Source of the DNA: an uncultured Candidatus Saccharibacteria bacterium
Lineage (GTDB): Bacteria; Patescibacteriota; Minisyncoccia; Phycocordibacterales; UBA2100
NCBI GenBank assembly: GCA_964512835.1
Contig: CAZELA010000001.1
Location: 425,372-489,371, forward strand
DNA: 64,000 bases
Reading direction: 5' to 3'
Shown: positions 28,114 through 37,708 of the stretch, piece after piece
Numbering within the stretch: the stretch's first letter is position 1
How the letters are laid out: every line of letters starts with the position of its first letter
Notes under the pieces: model-generated
The model's database searches: none
What the model saw: the letters and a program-made list of their open reading frames with translations, nothing else
What the model was told of the DNA's origin: nothing
Translations under genes and position numbers: made by a program

Positions 28114-29193
28114 ATGGCCGCGTCTCTTACCGACATGATACGTGTGCTCGTGCCGGCGGCGGTGGCTTTTTCGGTCGGCATCCTGTGCACACCGGTGCTC
28201 ACTCACTATCTGTACGAATACAAGGCGTGGAAGAAGAAGCCGGGGAAGGTGTCGCTCGACGGTACAAAGGCGGAAGAATTCAACCGACTACACGAAAAGC
28301 ACGAGGTGCGAGCGCCTCGCATGGGAGGAATTGTTATCTGGGGCAGTGTTGTTATCACTGCCGTTGCGATCTCGATTGCCGCTCATGTCATTCCGGATGC
28401 GGGCATACTGAAGCTTGATTTCCTGAGCCGAAGTCAGACGTGGATCCCGCTTGCCGTTCTCGTTATCGGTTCGCTGGTCGGGCTCCTCGATGACCTCTTG
28501 GTTATTCAGCCTGAGGGTCAGGGGCTTCCGCTCAGAGCGCGCCTCATCGTTGTTATTTTGCTTTCTGCGTTCATCGGATGGTGGTTCTGGGCGAAGCTCG
28601 ACATCACCATGATCAATATTCCGTTCTCCGAACCGCTCATGCTCGGATGGATGATCGTGCCGTTCTTTATCCTCATGTCGCTCGCACTCTATGCGTCGGG
28701 CGTTATCGACGGTATAGACGGACTCTCCGGCGGGGTATTCGCATCTATCTTTGCCTCCTATACCATCATCGCCTTCGCACAGAGCCAGATCAATCTGGCC
28801 GCGTTTTCGGCAGCGATCATGGGCGGACTTCTTGCGTTCCTGTGGTACAACATTCCCCCCGCACGCTTTTATATGTCGGACACCGGCACCATGGGTCTTA
28901 CACTCACGATCGGCACCCTCGCAATCATGACCGATAGCCTCGGCGGGGGCGTCGGGATCTCCGTACTTCCGATCATCGGCATGCTGCTCGTGCTTACTGT
29001 CATGTCGGATATTTTGCAGGTCCTTTCGAAGCGTTTTTTCGGCCGTAAGTTGTTCCGCGTCGCACCATTGCACCATCACTTCGAAGCGATCGGCTGGCCG
29101 GGGTACAAGGTTGTGATGCGCTACTGGGTGCTTTCCGTCGTATTTGCGGTAGCGGGCGTGATCATTGCACTTGCGTCCATTTCGGTCCTGTAA
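28114..29193 (+). CDS. mraY: phospho-N-acetylmuramoyl-pentapeptide transferase
   Basis: Ten TM helices with the MraY aspartate-rich motifs (LLDDLLVI; VIDGIDGLSGG) and the HHH-loop (PLHHHFEAIGW). The ORF-track start at 28090 overlaps the dac gene, so ATG 28114 is preferred. Confidence 0.85.
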   Translation: MAASLTDMIRVLVPAAVAFSVGILCTPVLTHYLYEYKAWKKKPGKVSLDGTKAEEFNRLHEKHEVRAPRMGGIVIWGSVVITAVAISIAAHVIPDAGILKLDFLSRSQTWIPLAVLVIGSLVGLLDDLLVIQPEGQGLPLRARLIVVILLSAFIGWWFWAKLDITMINIPFSEPLMLGWMIVPFFILMSLALYASGVIDGIDGLSGGVFASIFASYTIIAFAQSQINLAAFSAAIMGGLLAFLWYNIPPARFYMSDTGTMGLTLTIGTLAIMTDSLGGGVGISVLPIIGMLLVLTVMSDILQVLSKRFFGRKLFRVAPLHHHFEAIGWPGYKVVMRYWVLSVVFAVAGVIIALASISVL

Positions 29194-29227
29194 ATAGATC
29201 GCTGAGCCGACGGGTTCGTGATCTGCA

Positions 29228-30355
29228 GTGGTACAATTTGTGCCTATGTCTCGCAGTTCCTCGCGTATTGATCGCCCGCTGATCATCATCCTTGCCGTCC
29301 TTATTTTTGGAGGTTGTTTGATCTTCGCGTCAGCGGCATTCGGTCTGCTCGCGCGCGGCGCCACGCACACATCTTCCGTTGTTTTCAATCACCTTGCACT
29401 CGGGGTGGGTCTTGGACTTGTCGCGTTGGTGGCGTGCACCGTGATCGATGTGCGGCTATGGCGACGATACGCCCCGTATATTTTCGGATTAGCACTCCTG
29501 GCGACCGCACTGGTATTCATACCGGGACTTGGTGCTGAGCACGGGGGTGGTAAGCGTTGGATCATACTGTTCGGTACCTCATTCCAGCCATCGGAGCTCT
29601 TAAAAGTCGCGACAGTTATTATTGCCGCAGCGTACTTTGCTGCGATACGTTTCAAAGTCTCGACCCTAAAGTACGGTCTCGGAGGGTTTCTTGCGATTAT
29701 TGCCGCGCCCGCACTGTTGTTGCTATTGCAGCCCGACATGGGAACGCTCGGCATTATCGTGATCGGCGCATTTTCGGTCTACGTAGCCGCAGGAGCCACA
29801 TGGCGCGATATTGCGCTCGTTGTTCTGATCGGACTGCTGTCTCTTTCGGTCCTTGCGATCGCACGACCGTACGTTCGCGAGCGTGTTATGACCTTTTTTG
29901 ACCCGTCGCAGGGTCAGCACGACCAGGCATACCAGATTAAGCAGTCATTGATAGCTGTGGGCTCCGGCGGTTTTCGCGGACGCGGGTTCGGACAGGGTAT
30001 CCAAAAGTTCACGTATCTCCCTGAACCTATGGGCGACTCTATATTTGCGGTAGCCGCCGAGGAGTTGGGATTCATCGGTTCGGTTGTAATCGTCGTGCTG
30101 TTCGTTTCGTTTGCCTTACGCGGTCTGATCGTTTCCTCTCGAGCGTCTGACCCATTTACGGCGTATCTGGGAATCGGCCTTGTCTCGTATCTTGCGGCAG
30201 AGGCATTCATAAATATTGCTTCTATGCTTGGTATGGCACCGCTCACCGGTGTGCCGCTTACGTTTGTCAGCCAGGGCGGATCTGCCATGCTTGTCTCGCT
30301 TGCGAGTGCCGGCATCCTACTTGCGGTTTCGAGGCAGAAGGGGCGAATACAATAG
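29228..30355 (+). CDS. ftsW: SEDS-family peptidoglycan glycosyltransferase FtsW/RodA
   Basis: Polytopic membrane protein with SEDS signature regions (QPSELLK; GGSAMLVS). Alternative start at 29246. Confidence 0.8.
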   Translation: MVQFVPMSRSSSRIDRPLIIILAVLIFGGCLIFASAAFGLLARGATHTSSVVFNHLALGVGLGLVALVACTVIDVRLWRRYAPYIFGLALLATALVFIPGLGAEHGGGKRWIILFGTSFQPSELLKVATVIIAAAYFAAIRFKVSTLKYGLGGFLAIIAAPALLLLLQPDMGTLGIIVIGAFSVYVAAGATWRDIALVVLIGLLSLSVLAIARPYVRERVMTFFDPSQGQHDQAYQIKQSLIAVGSGGFRGRGFGQGIQKFTYLPEPMGDSIFAVAAEELGFIGSVVIVVLFVSFALRGLIVSSRASDPFTAYLGIGLVSYLAAEAFINIASMLGMAPLTGVPLTFVSQGGSAMLVSLASAGILLAVSRQKGRIQ

Positions 30356-30416
30356 TGACTGCTACGGTCCCCACAGGGCTCTAAAGAGCCATAAAACGTG
30401 GTAAAATCACGCCAAT

Positions 30417-31553
30417 ATGCGCATTGTGCTGGTCGGTGGGGGAACAGGCGGGCATTTTTACCCGCTTATCGCAATTTCGCAGGGGATTGAAGAAATCTGC
30501 CGCGAACGAACCCTGCTTGAGCCGGAGCTGTATTATCTGGGGCCCGCGCCCTTTGATGCTCAGGCACTGCTCGAGCGTGACATCATTCATGTGCCATCGC
30601 CCGCGGGAAAAATGCATCGGCACAAGCTGAATATCTTCGGCTTTGTGAGTACATTCGTCGGTATCATAAAATCGATTTTTCTTTTGTATGATCTGTATCC
30701 GGACGTGATTTTTTCCACGGGCGGATATGCGGCGTTTCCGACACTGTATGCAGCACGACTTCTGGCCATTCCGGTTGTTATTTATGACGCGGACGCGACG
30801 CCAGGACGCGTAACACTATGGTCCGCAAAGTTTGCAAAGTGGATCGGTACGGCGCACCCGGAAGCTGCCACACACTTCCCGGAAAAGGTACGTCACAAGA
30901 TCGCGCGCGTCGGACATCCGATTCGTCTCGAAATTGAGCAGCCCGCCAAAGAGGGCGGTTACGAGTTTCTGCATCTGGACCCGGGCGCGCCCGCTTTGTT
31001 TGTGATGGGCGGCTCGCAAGGAGCTCAGGCCATCAACAATGTAGTACTCGACGCGGCAAAGGACCTCGTGACGCGCTACAACGTCATTCATCAGGCCGGC
31101 ACTGCCAACGTCAAAGAAGTCGACGGCGTATCGAAGCTCATACTCAAAGGATCGGCAAACGAGGAGCGGTATCGCGCATTCGGTCTTTTGAATACGCTTG
31201 CAATCCGCATGGCTGCCGGTATCTCGTCGCTGATCATCTCGCGAGCCGGTTCAGGAACGATCTTTGAGATCGCTTCGTGGGGAATTCCTGCAATCCTTAT
31301 CCCGATACCCGAGGATGTTTCGCACGACCAGACGGAGAATGCGTTTTCGTATGCACGGGCAGGGGCGGCAATCGTTATCGAGCAGCGCAATCTCACGCAG
31401 CATGTACTGACGTCCGAAATTGACCGCCTCATGAGCGACCCGGAGCAGCGCGCACGAATGTCTGAGGCGGCAAAGGAGTACTCGAGGCCCCAGGCAGCAA
31501 AAAAGATCGCCAACATATTACTGGAGACCGCACTCGAACACGAAGCACTATGA
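30417..31553 (+). CDS. murG: undecaprenyldiphospho-muramoylpentapeptide beta-N-acetylglucosaminyltransferase
   Basis: N-terminal GGGTGGH(F)YP glycine-rich motif and a GT-B fold C-terminus (ISRAGSGTIFE...PED..H.Q..NA). 378 aa. Confidence 0.85.
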   Translation: MRIVLVGGGTGGHFYPLIAISQGIEEICRERTLLEPELYYLGPAPFDAQALLERDIIHVPSPAGKMHRHKLNIFGFVSTFVGIIKSIFLLYDLYPDVIFSTGGYAAFPTLYAARLLAIPVVIYDADATPGRVTLWSAKFAKWIGTAHPEAATHFPEKVRHKIARVGHPIRLEIEQPAKEGGYEFLHLDPGAPALFVMGGSQGAQAINNVVLDAAKDLVTRYNVIHQAGTANVKEVDGVSKLILKGSANEERYRAFGLLNTLAIRMAAGISSLIISRAGSGTIFEIASWGIPAILIPIPEDVSHDQTENAFSYARAGAAIVIEQRNLTQHVLTSEIDRLMSDPEQRARMSEAAKEYSRPQAAKKIANILLETALEHEAL

Positions 31554-32905
31554 CCCACGCACAAAACTGCAAAGTACGTTTTCCTCCGAGCCCCACGGGC
31601 TACTGCCACGTAGGTACTGCCCGCATGGCGGTATTGAATTTTATGTTCGCCCGCAAGAACGGCGGCACGATCGTCTTTCGTAGTGAAGACACCGACCGGG
31701 AGCGCTCCAAGGATGAGTTCGAAGAGGACATCAAGGAACAACTGACATGGCTGGGTTTGGGATGGGACGAATTTGAACGGCAGTCTGCGCGTGTGCAAAT
31801 CCATACCGAGGCATTGAAGCGACTCGTAGCAGAAGATAAGGCGTATATCTCCGAAGAGCCGAGCAAAAATGATCCCAACGCGACCGTACGGGTAATACGG
31901 CTTCGAAATCCCGGCACGGTAATCACATTTACCGATATGATCCGTGGCGACATTACGTTTGATACGACGGAGCTAAAAGACTTTGTCATCGCGCGCTCAG
32001 AGACCGATCCTTTGTATCATTTCGCGGTCGTTATGGACGATCACGATATGGGTGTGACGCACGTCATCCGCGGAGAGGATCACATTTCGAACACACCGCG
32101 ACAGATCCTCATTCAGGAAGCACTCGGATTTAGCCGACCGTTTTACGCACACTATCCGCTCCACCTCGGTGCTGATAAGTCCAAGCTATCTAAACGTACC
32201 GGAGACGTTGCGGTAAAAAGCTACCGCGAAAAAGGGTATTTGCCTGAGGCACTTTTGAACTACATTGCTCATCTGGGCTGGACTCCGCCGAGCGGTCGGG
32301 AGATCATGTCGCTCGATGAAATGATTGCCGAGTTCGATATCAGCGACTTGCACAAGAGCGGAGCCGTATTCGATATGGAAAAGCTTCGTTGGTACAACCG
32401 TGAATACTTGCTACGCCTAAGCGACGACGCGTTTAAGGACGGCGCATTCGAGACACTGAAAAGCGCGTTGTATCTTCGCAATATCCCGTGGAATGAAGAA
32501 ATAGGGAACACAGTACTCCCCATCCTCAAGGAGCGCATTTCCGTGTGGTCTGACATTGTCGACCAGGTAAACGAAGGAGAATATGACTACTTTTTTACCG
32601 ACCCGGAACCTGCCGCCGACGCAATCCCACAAAAAGGGGATGATGCTGCAACGGCTCTTCGACACCTCAACTGGATATATGAAGCGCTTCATACGGCGCC
32701 TTCAGAAAGTTTTAACGATGTCTCGCGTCTAAAGGATGTTATGTGGGACTACGCTACCGCCGAAGGCAGAGGCTCTGTGTTGTGGCCGCTGCGATTTTCT
32801 CTTTCCGGACGGGCAAAGTCCCCTGATCCGTTTACCATCGCGTCACTCATCGGCAAAGATGCAACATTGCGACGCATAGAGCGCGCCCGCGCCCTACTGT
32901 CATGA
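31550..32905 (+). CDS. gltX: glutamate--tRNA ligase
   Basis: HIGH region (RFPPSPTGYCHVGTAR) and KMSKS-like KLSKR. 451 aa. ATGA overlap with murG. Confidence 0.85.
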   Translation: MTHAQNCKVRFPPSPTGYCHVGTARMAVLNFMFARKNGGTIVFRSEDTDRERSKDEFEEDIKEQLTWLGLGWDEFERQSARVQIHTEALKRLVAEDKAYISEEPSKNDPNATVRVIRLRNPGTVITFTDMIRGDITFDTTELKDFVIARSETDPLYHFAVVMDDHDMGVTHVIRGEDHISNTPRQILIQEALGFSRPFYAHYPLHLGADKSKLSKRTGDVAVKSYREKGYLPEALLNYIAHLGWTPPSGREIMSLDEMIAEFDISDLHKSGAVFDMEKLRWYNREYLLRLSDDAFKDGAFETLKSALYLRNIPWNEEIGNTVLPILKERISVWSDIVDQVNEGEYDYFFTDPEPAADAIPQKGDDAATALRHLNWIYEALHTAPSESFNDVSRLKDVMWDYATAEGRGSVLWPLRFSLSGRAKSPDPFTIASLIGKDATLRRIERARALLS

Positions 32906-34179
32906 CGCGTATGAGGGCCGTGGTACTGATCACGCTCGTGAGTCTTTTGCCGTTTCCGCTTTTTGCACAGACGGCAAGTGAGCTACAGGCACAAATCGAT
33001 GATCAAAATGCCCAGATCGCCGCTTTGAACAAGGAGATCGATCAATACACGAAAGAGCTCACTAATACGACTAAGCAAAAAAACACACTCCAGAACAAGG
33101 TTGCGCAACTCGATCTCCAGCGCAAGAAGCTGACCTCGCAGATCAGTGTCACACAAAAACAGATCAATACGACCCAGCTGCAGATCCAGCAATTGGCCTC
33201 CGGGATTGAGACCAAAGAAGGTTCGATCGAAGTAAACCGCGCAGGTCTTGCTCAATCAATACGCCGCCTTTCACAGGCTGAAGATGCGCCGCTTTCGCTT
33301 GCGGTACTTTCGTCGGAATCGCTCACCGATACATGGCAAGACATCGATGCGCACGCGGTACTCGAAGACGCGGTTCAGAACGACATCAAAACACTGTCGT
33401 CAGAAAAGAAACTTTTGAGTAATTCAAAAGCGACGGCCGAGGACAAGAAAAAGGAACTCGACAGTCAGAAGCGCACACTTACTACCCAGCAAGGCTCACT
33501 CGACGCGACACGCAAAGCGCAGGCGGAACTGCTTGCAGAAACAAAGAATCAGGAGTCCAGCTATCAGGCACTCATTGCAAAAAAGCGCGCACAGGAGGCA
33601 TCGTTCGAAGCGTCGCTCCAGGATCTTCAGGCCAAACTGAACTACACCATCAATCCCGACCAGATTACGCCTGCTGGCAAAGGCGTCTTGCGGTGGCCGG
33701 TAGACCAAGTGCGTGTCACACAGACATTTGGCGATACCGCGTTTGCACGAGGTGGCGCCTACAACGGCAAGGGTCACAATGGCATCGACTTGGCGGCTTC
33801 TATTGGTACTCCGCTGAAAGCTGCGCTCTCTGGTGTCGTTGTCGGCACCGGCAACACCGATACAGTGCGGGGATGCTACTCATTCGGTAAATGGGTGATG
33901 GTTAAACACGGCAACGGACTTTCCACCATGTACGCGCACTTGTCGCAGATCGGTGTAACGACCGGGCAATCTGTTGCCACCGGACAGGTCTTGGGCTATT
34001 CCGGCGAGACCGGCTATGCCACCGGTCCGCACCTGCATTTTGGCGTCTATGTGTCATCTGCTACGCAAATCATTAACCTCGGCAGCGCAACAAAATCCAA
34101 AACAGCGTGCTCGAACGCGATCATGCCCGTGGTACCTATCTCGGGTTACCTCAACCCGATGGCATATTTGCCGGGGTGA
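32902..34179 (+). CDS. M23 family peptidase with N-terminal signal peptide and long coiled-coil (EnvC-like murein hydrolase activator)
   Basis: Signal peptide, about 250 aa of Q/K-rich coiled coil, then an M23 domain (GHNGIDLAA...HGNGLSTMYAHLS...GPHLHFGV). ATGA overlap with gltX. Confidence 0.8.
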   Translation: MTRMRAVVLITLVSLLPFPLFAQTASELQAQIDDQNAQIAALNKEIDQYTKELTNTTKQKNTLQNKVAQLDLQRKKLTSQISVTQKQINTTQLQIQQLASGIETKEGSIEVNRAGLAQSIRRLSQAEDAPLSLAVLSSESLTDTWQDIDAHAVLEDAVQNDIKTLSSEKKLLSNSKATAEDKKKELDSQKRTLTTQQGSLDATRKAQAELLAETKNQESSYQALIAKKRAQEASFEASLQDLQAKLNYTINPDQITPAGKGVLRWPVDQVRVTQTFGDTAFARGGAYNGKGHNGIDLAASIGTPLKAALSGVVVGTGNTDTVRGCYSFGKWVMVKHGNGLSTMYAHLSQIGVTTGQSVATGQVLGYSGETGYATGPHLHFGVYVSSATQIINLGSATKSKTACSNAIMPVVPISGYLNPMAYLPG

Positions 34180-34252
34180 TAGCAAAAAAAATAACCCCGC
34201 GACTGAGCACGGGGCTTTGCCCAGGTCATCTGGTTCGGGCAGTCATTGCATT

Positions 34253-34948
34253 CTATCGCTTTTTGAACCACTCGACGTGGTCGGCCATTTTGATCTCAAT
34301 AGCATCGGCTTTTCGAAGCGTACGTATTTGAGCCGGGGTAACAATGCGGTGATGCGGCGAATCTTCGAGCTCATTTACAAGATCAATGAGATCTTCGGAC
34401 CCTATAAGCCAGTCCGTACTTTTTTGTTTCGACAGGTCAAACGGATCGGAATACGCTCGGAGCGTTTTTTTACCGTTCTTCTGCAAAAAGTACTCGTGGA
34501 AGTAGGAGAGTGCTAATTCCCGAACGGAGCCATAAATCGGCTCTCGGTAGCGCAACACGCCGTGATTCGTTTTGGATAGAGCGCCCCAGAATTTCCCGGA
34601 CCTAAACAGAGTGACGACATGATCCTGATCGGACTTGTCGGCTTGCAGATCTAACAGGAGCGGCCTCTGGCCGTGATACATGAGTGCTGCTGCAGCGAAC
34701 AAAGCACCTTCAAAGCAATGCGCTGTCTTAGATTCAATTACGCGACGCACTGACATGTATGTCTCGCCGTCGTATTCGTGATTGAAGGGGAGTGAGTTCA
34801 AAAAATCCTGAATTTTTGTAGGGGAGTTGAGCCGCGTGAAAAGTCGCGACTCCCCTTTGGTGAGCACTTTTTTAAGAGCGAAGCTCATACCGCCAGTGTA
34901 CGTCAAATCAATGACCCCGGCAGCAGGTGCAAGCCGGGGTCGTGTCAC
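34253..34948 (-). CDS. hypothetical protein; possible Cys/His papain-like or transglutaminase-like fold
   Basis: 231 aa. A conserved-looking Cys context (TAHCFEGALFAAAALMYHG) and a downstream His. I recognised no definitive family. Confidence 0.35.
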   Translation of the reverse strand: MTRPRLAPAAGVIDLTYTGGMSFALKKVLTKGESRLFTRLNSPTKIQDFLNSLPFNHEYDGETYMSVRRVIESKTAHCFEGALFAAAALMYHGQRPLLLDLQADKSDQDHVVTLFRSGKFWGALSKTNHGVLRYREPIYGSVRELALSYFHEYFLQKNGKKTLRAYSDPFDLSKQKSTDWLIGSEDLIDLVNELEDSPHHRIVTPAQIRTLRKADAIEIKMADHVEWFKKR

Positions 34949-35394
34949 TCGGTTTTCTTGAGTGGCTTTGAAAGATCAGGAATTGTCGGACTTCCGCACG
35001 CTTTGCCGGGCTTCACGATGACCTGCGGCGCCACCAACACCAGACGCTTCTGCTCGAAAGGCTGATTGCAGCGTTGCAGCTGATACTCGATCGCAGTGTA
35101 GGTCGTTTGCAGCCAGATCAGTGCATCGATGGGTTTCTGCCTCGAGAGGTACTCTGCAAGCTGCTCGCGTGTCATGTACTCGGTCTCGATCCTGTTGAGC
35201 AGCAAGTGATTGTCTGTGATCGCGTGTATCGCGACCTCCAGCGACCCGTCTTCCGCAGAGAACGGCTGACTCGACAGGATATCGTAGCCGGCTTTGAACT
35301 GCGTGCAGGTAACCGGCTCCAGATCGACCGTATCCGCACGCGCACCACACATTAAGAGGAGGACCGTGAGCCCTCCGAACAGGAAGACTCGCAT
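34945..35394 (-). CDS. hypothetical secreted protein (signal peptide)
   Basis: 149 aa. The N-terminus MRVFLFGGLTVLLLMCGARA is signal-peptide-like. Its stop overlaps the start of the downstream gene. Confidence 0.45.
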   Translation of the reverse strand: MRVFLFGGLTVLLLMCGARADTVDLEPVTCTQFKAGYDILSSQPFSAEDGSLEVAIHAITDNHLLLNRIETEYMTREQLAEYLSRQKPIDALIWLQTTYTAIEYQLQRCNQPFEQKRLVLVAPQVIVKPGKACGSPTIPDLSKPLKKTE

Positions 35395-35411
35395 GTGATT
35401 ACTCCTCGCAT

Positions 35412-35834
35412 TCAGAACGAAACATGCCTCGGCTTGGCCTTTTGCATGTGCTCGTAGACTGAGTCGAACGATCCGTAGTCGTCAGGCTTCACTGCCGCGA
35501 CCAGCAACGTGAGTCTGTCGTACCATGCGTGATCGGCAAAGTGAGACTCGTACTTCCATTTCTGGATATGAGCCTCGAGATCGGCACGAAGAAACGCTAC
35601 GTAGCGCACGTTACCGCGAATGGTCCATCCGCGAATCATGCGCAATCGGTTGTCACAGATTCGAACACAGGACACCTTGGGTGGCTCGTGCGGCAAAACC
35701 CACGAGTTTGTCGACAGTCGCAATTCCGGCCGCGGCGATCCGCCGCGTTTGGGCTTAGAACCGGCATATACCATGGCTGTATTCCTCGTATTCGCCTCCA
35801 ATGAGGCACTGAAGCCAATATAGCCAGCCTCCAA
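35412..35834 (-). CDS. hypothetical protein (start uncertain, alternative ATG at 35775)
   Basis: 140 aa ORF with no recognisable motif. Confidence 0.35.
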   Translation of the reverse strand: MEAGYIGFSASLEANTRNTAMVYAGSKPKRGGSPRPELRLSTNSWVLPHEPPKVSCVRICDNRLRMIRGWTIRGNVRYVAFLRADLEAHIQKWKYESHFADHAWYDRLTLLVAAVKPDDYGSFDSVYEHMQKAKPRHVSF

Positions 35835-35866
35835 AAAAACGCGAGCGGCAATCCGAGATTCCGCTC
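35833..35866 (-). terminator. candidate minus-strand rho-independent terminator
   Basis: On the minus strand, GAGCGG-12 nt loop-CCGCTC is followed by GCGTTTTTTT. On the plus strand it appears as A7 then a hairpin. Confidence 0.4.
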
Positions 35867-36328
35867 AACAAAGCCACATCTCGGGTCAATCTCGGATTGA
35901 GCAGGGAAGCGACTCCCCCGAATTTTAGGGAATTCAGGGAAGCACAATCACAGCCGGTATACAGAGATTCAAGACCGAACAATACGCAAGCATGCGAGGG
36001 GTACGGGGAATCAATTCGGCCAGATAGTAGGGATACAGTACCGCTTGATCGACCGCACCAATGAGCGCTCTCGGTAATAGAGGATACGAAGTACGAATCC
36101 GGTTCAAGCCGCGTTTACATGTGTATTACTGAGCCTAAGCGTCGCAAAAGATATATTGTGCGACGTATGACAAGTACGCATTACGCCACTCGCCTTCATA
36201 AACATCTCGGCACCACGGGACTTTTTTGCGACACTCTCCTTTTGAATTCGTCACCAAATTTCTTCCGGATATTTTTCCGAGCAAGTGGCTTGTTTCAAAA
36301 AAACCGTTTCGGATTCGGGCGAGTCCCG

Positions 36329-36351
36329 TAGGGGTCGCCTCCCCTCTTTTT
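36329..36351 (+). terminator. candidate plus-strand rho-independent terminator inside ORF-poor gap
   Basis: AGGGG-TCGCCT-CCCCT followed by CTTTTTT. Confidence 0.45.
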
Positions 36352-36446
36352 TGGATATCCGGGGAAGTGGTCACTACAAAAATTGACGACTCGCTCAATC
36401 ATTGAAATAGTTGCCGCGGTTCAAATAGAAATGAACGGAGATTCTC

Positions 36447-36638
36447 GTGGCTGATTGTTACTACCATGGACCAAGCGGCCCCGGCTTTTGTCCGGAGTGC
36501 ATAGAGGAAGGTCGCAGCGTCGTTTTTCGGGGCGGCGTTCGAATCAATGCCGCAGATGCTCGAGCGACTAACGAGCTCAACATTCGTCTGCAGAAGTCCG
36601 AGGAGTTCAAAAAAGAACTTGATGGGAGTCATACGTGA
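36447..36638 (+). CDS. small hypothetical protein with CxxC pair (zinc-ribbon-like), GTG start
   Basis: 63 aa (MADCYYHGPSGPGFCPECIEEG...). GGAG sits 11 nt upstream. Its stop overlaps the start of the downstream ICMT-family gene. Confidence 0.3.
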   Translation: MADCYYHGPSGPGFCPECIEEGRSVVFRGGVRINAADARATNELNIRLQKSEEFKKELDGSHT

Positions 36639-37141
36639 ACACCCATGATCACGCGGAGGTTCGTCGCGCTATTCGGGTGGGTGCGTTCTTCCAAATGCCG
36701 ATGGTGCTTGTGTGGGGATTCATTCCCGCATACGCGCTCGACTTCGATATACAGCGGATGCTGAAGTTCGGATTCACTCTCACGTGGGATTCCGCGTTAC
36801 AGAATGTCGGTCTGACAATCATGATCGTCTCGATGCTGCAGATCTATCTGCGGAAAGAAAAAGATAGACTGCTCACCACCGGTTTGTTCTCACTGACGCG
36901 ACACCCCATGTACCACGGCATGTTCGTCGCATCCCTTGCCTCGTTCTTTCACGCGAATCTTTCCGATGCTATTTTCTGGTTGCTCTGGATCGTCTACGTC
37001 ATCCTCACGCTGATCGCCGGATGGTTCCAAGAACAGGAGACGCTGGCAAGATGGGGCGCGGAAGCTCGAATCTACTACGACCGTACTCCCCGATTCATTT
37101 TCGAGTGGCCGTGGTTCTGGATTCGATTCCTGCCGTTCTGA
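36635..37141 (+). CDS. isoprenylcysteine carboxyl methyltransferase (ICMT)/phospholipid methyltransferase family membrane protein
   Basis: Multi-TM protein with the family motif LxTxGxFxxxRHPxY (LLTTGLFSLTRHPMYHG). Confidence 0.65.
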   Translation: MNTHDHAEVRRAIRVGAFFQMPMVLVWGFIPAYALDFDIQRMLKFGFTLTWDSALQNVGLTIMIVSMLQIYLRKEKDRLLTTGLFSLTRHPMYHGMFVASLASFFHANLSDAIFWLLWIVYVILTLIAGWFQEQETLARWGAEARIYYDRTPRFIFEWPWFWIRFLPF

Positions 37142-37224
37142 CCGCTCGTACAAAAGCAAATAGCGCCGTGCACTGCACGACGCTATTTTTGTTTGAAAGA
37201 TCGATCGGATCAAACGGGAGCTTT

Positions 37225-37353
37225 CATCAGGATGATGAACCCGATGACCGCGGCCACGCCGACGGCCGTTGTTACGATCCGTATGAACACGGTACGCCAG
37301 CCGACTTTGATCAGCGTTTCGGTGTGACGGATATCCTCGCCAGGAAGACGCAT
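37225..37353 (-). CDS. small membrane peptide (42 aa), not in ORF track
   Basis: MRLPGEDIRHTETLIKVGWRTVFIRIVTTAVGVAAVIGFIIL. It lies immediately downstream of a co-directional small membrane protein gene. Confidence 0.3.
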
Positions 37354-37380
37354 CGTTGTGTCCTTTCAGTGTTTGGGCTG

Positions 37381-37638
37381 TTACCAGATTACCCAGAGAA
37401 AATAGAAGAAGCCGAGCACAGCGGCGCGCGGAATGTCGATGATCGCGACCGTCTGCTGCAACCACGAACCGATCTGCTCCCCTTCGGAAGCCGTCAGGTT
37501 GAACCACGCCATCATGACGATGAACGTCATCACGACTTGGTAGACACGGTAGGGCCAGTTATCGAACCCCTCCCTCACGCCATCCCAATAGGCCTTCTTG
37601 AACGTAACGTCGTGGGTCTTTGCATTGGCTTCGATCAT
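37381..37638 (-). CDS. small hypothetical membrane protein
   Basis: 85 aa with two hydrophobic helices. Confidence 0.4.
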   Translation of the reverse strand: MIEANAKTHDVTFKKAYWDGVREGFDNWPYRVYQVVMTFIVMMAWFNLTASEGEQIGSWLQQTVAIIDIPRAAVLGFFYFLWVIW

Positions 37639-37708
37639 CTGATCTCCCGGTTGAAAAAGTCCGCTTTAGAGCGGACCATACTATGCCATTTATACGGAAG
37701 CTGGTCAA

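Noticed and set aside
28288-29388. 366 aa minus-strand ORF opposite mraY/ftsW
   Set aside because: mraY on the plus strand has the diagnostic DDxxD and HHH motifs. The antisense product is low-complexity and R/D/E-rich, typical of a spurious frame.
36119-36331. 70 aa plus-strand ORF in the ORF-poor gap
   Set aside because: No RBS, a Cys/Arg/Phe-rich low-complexity product, and the ORF runs into a terminator hairpin. I treat it as non-coding, as part of the possible ncRNA locus.
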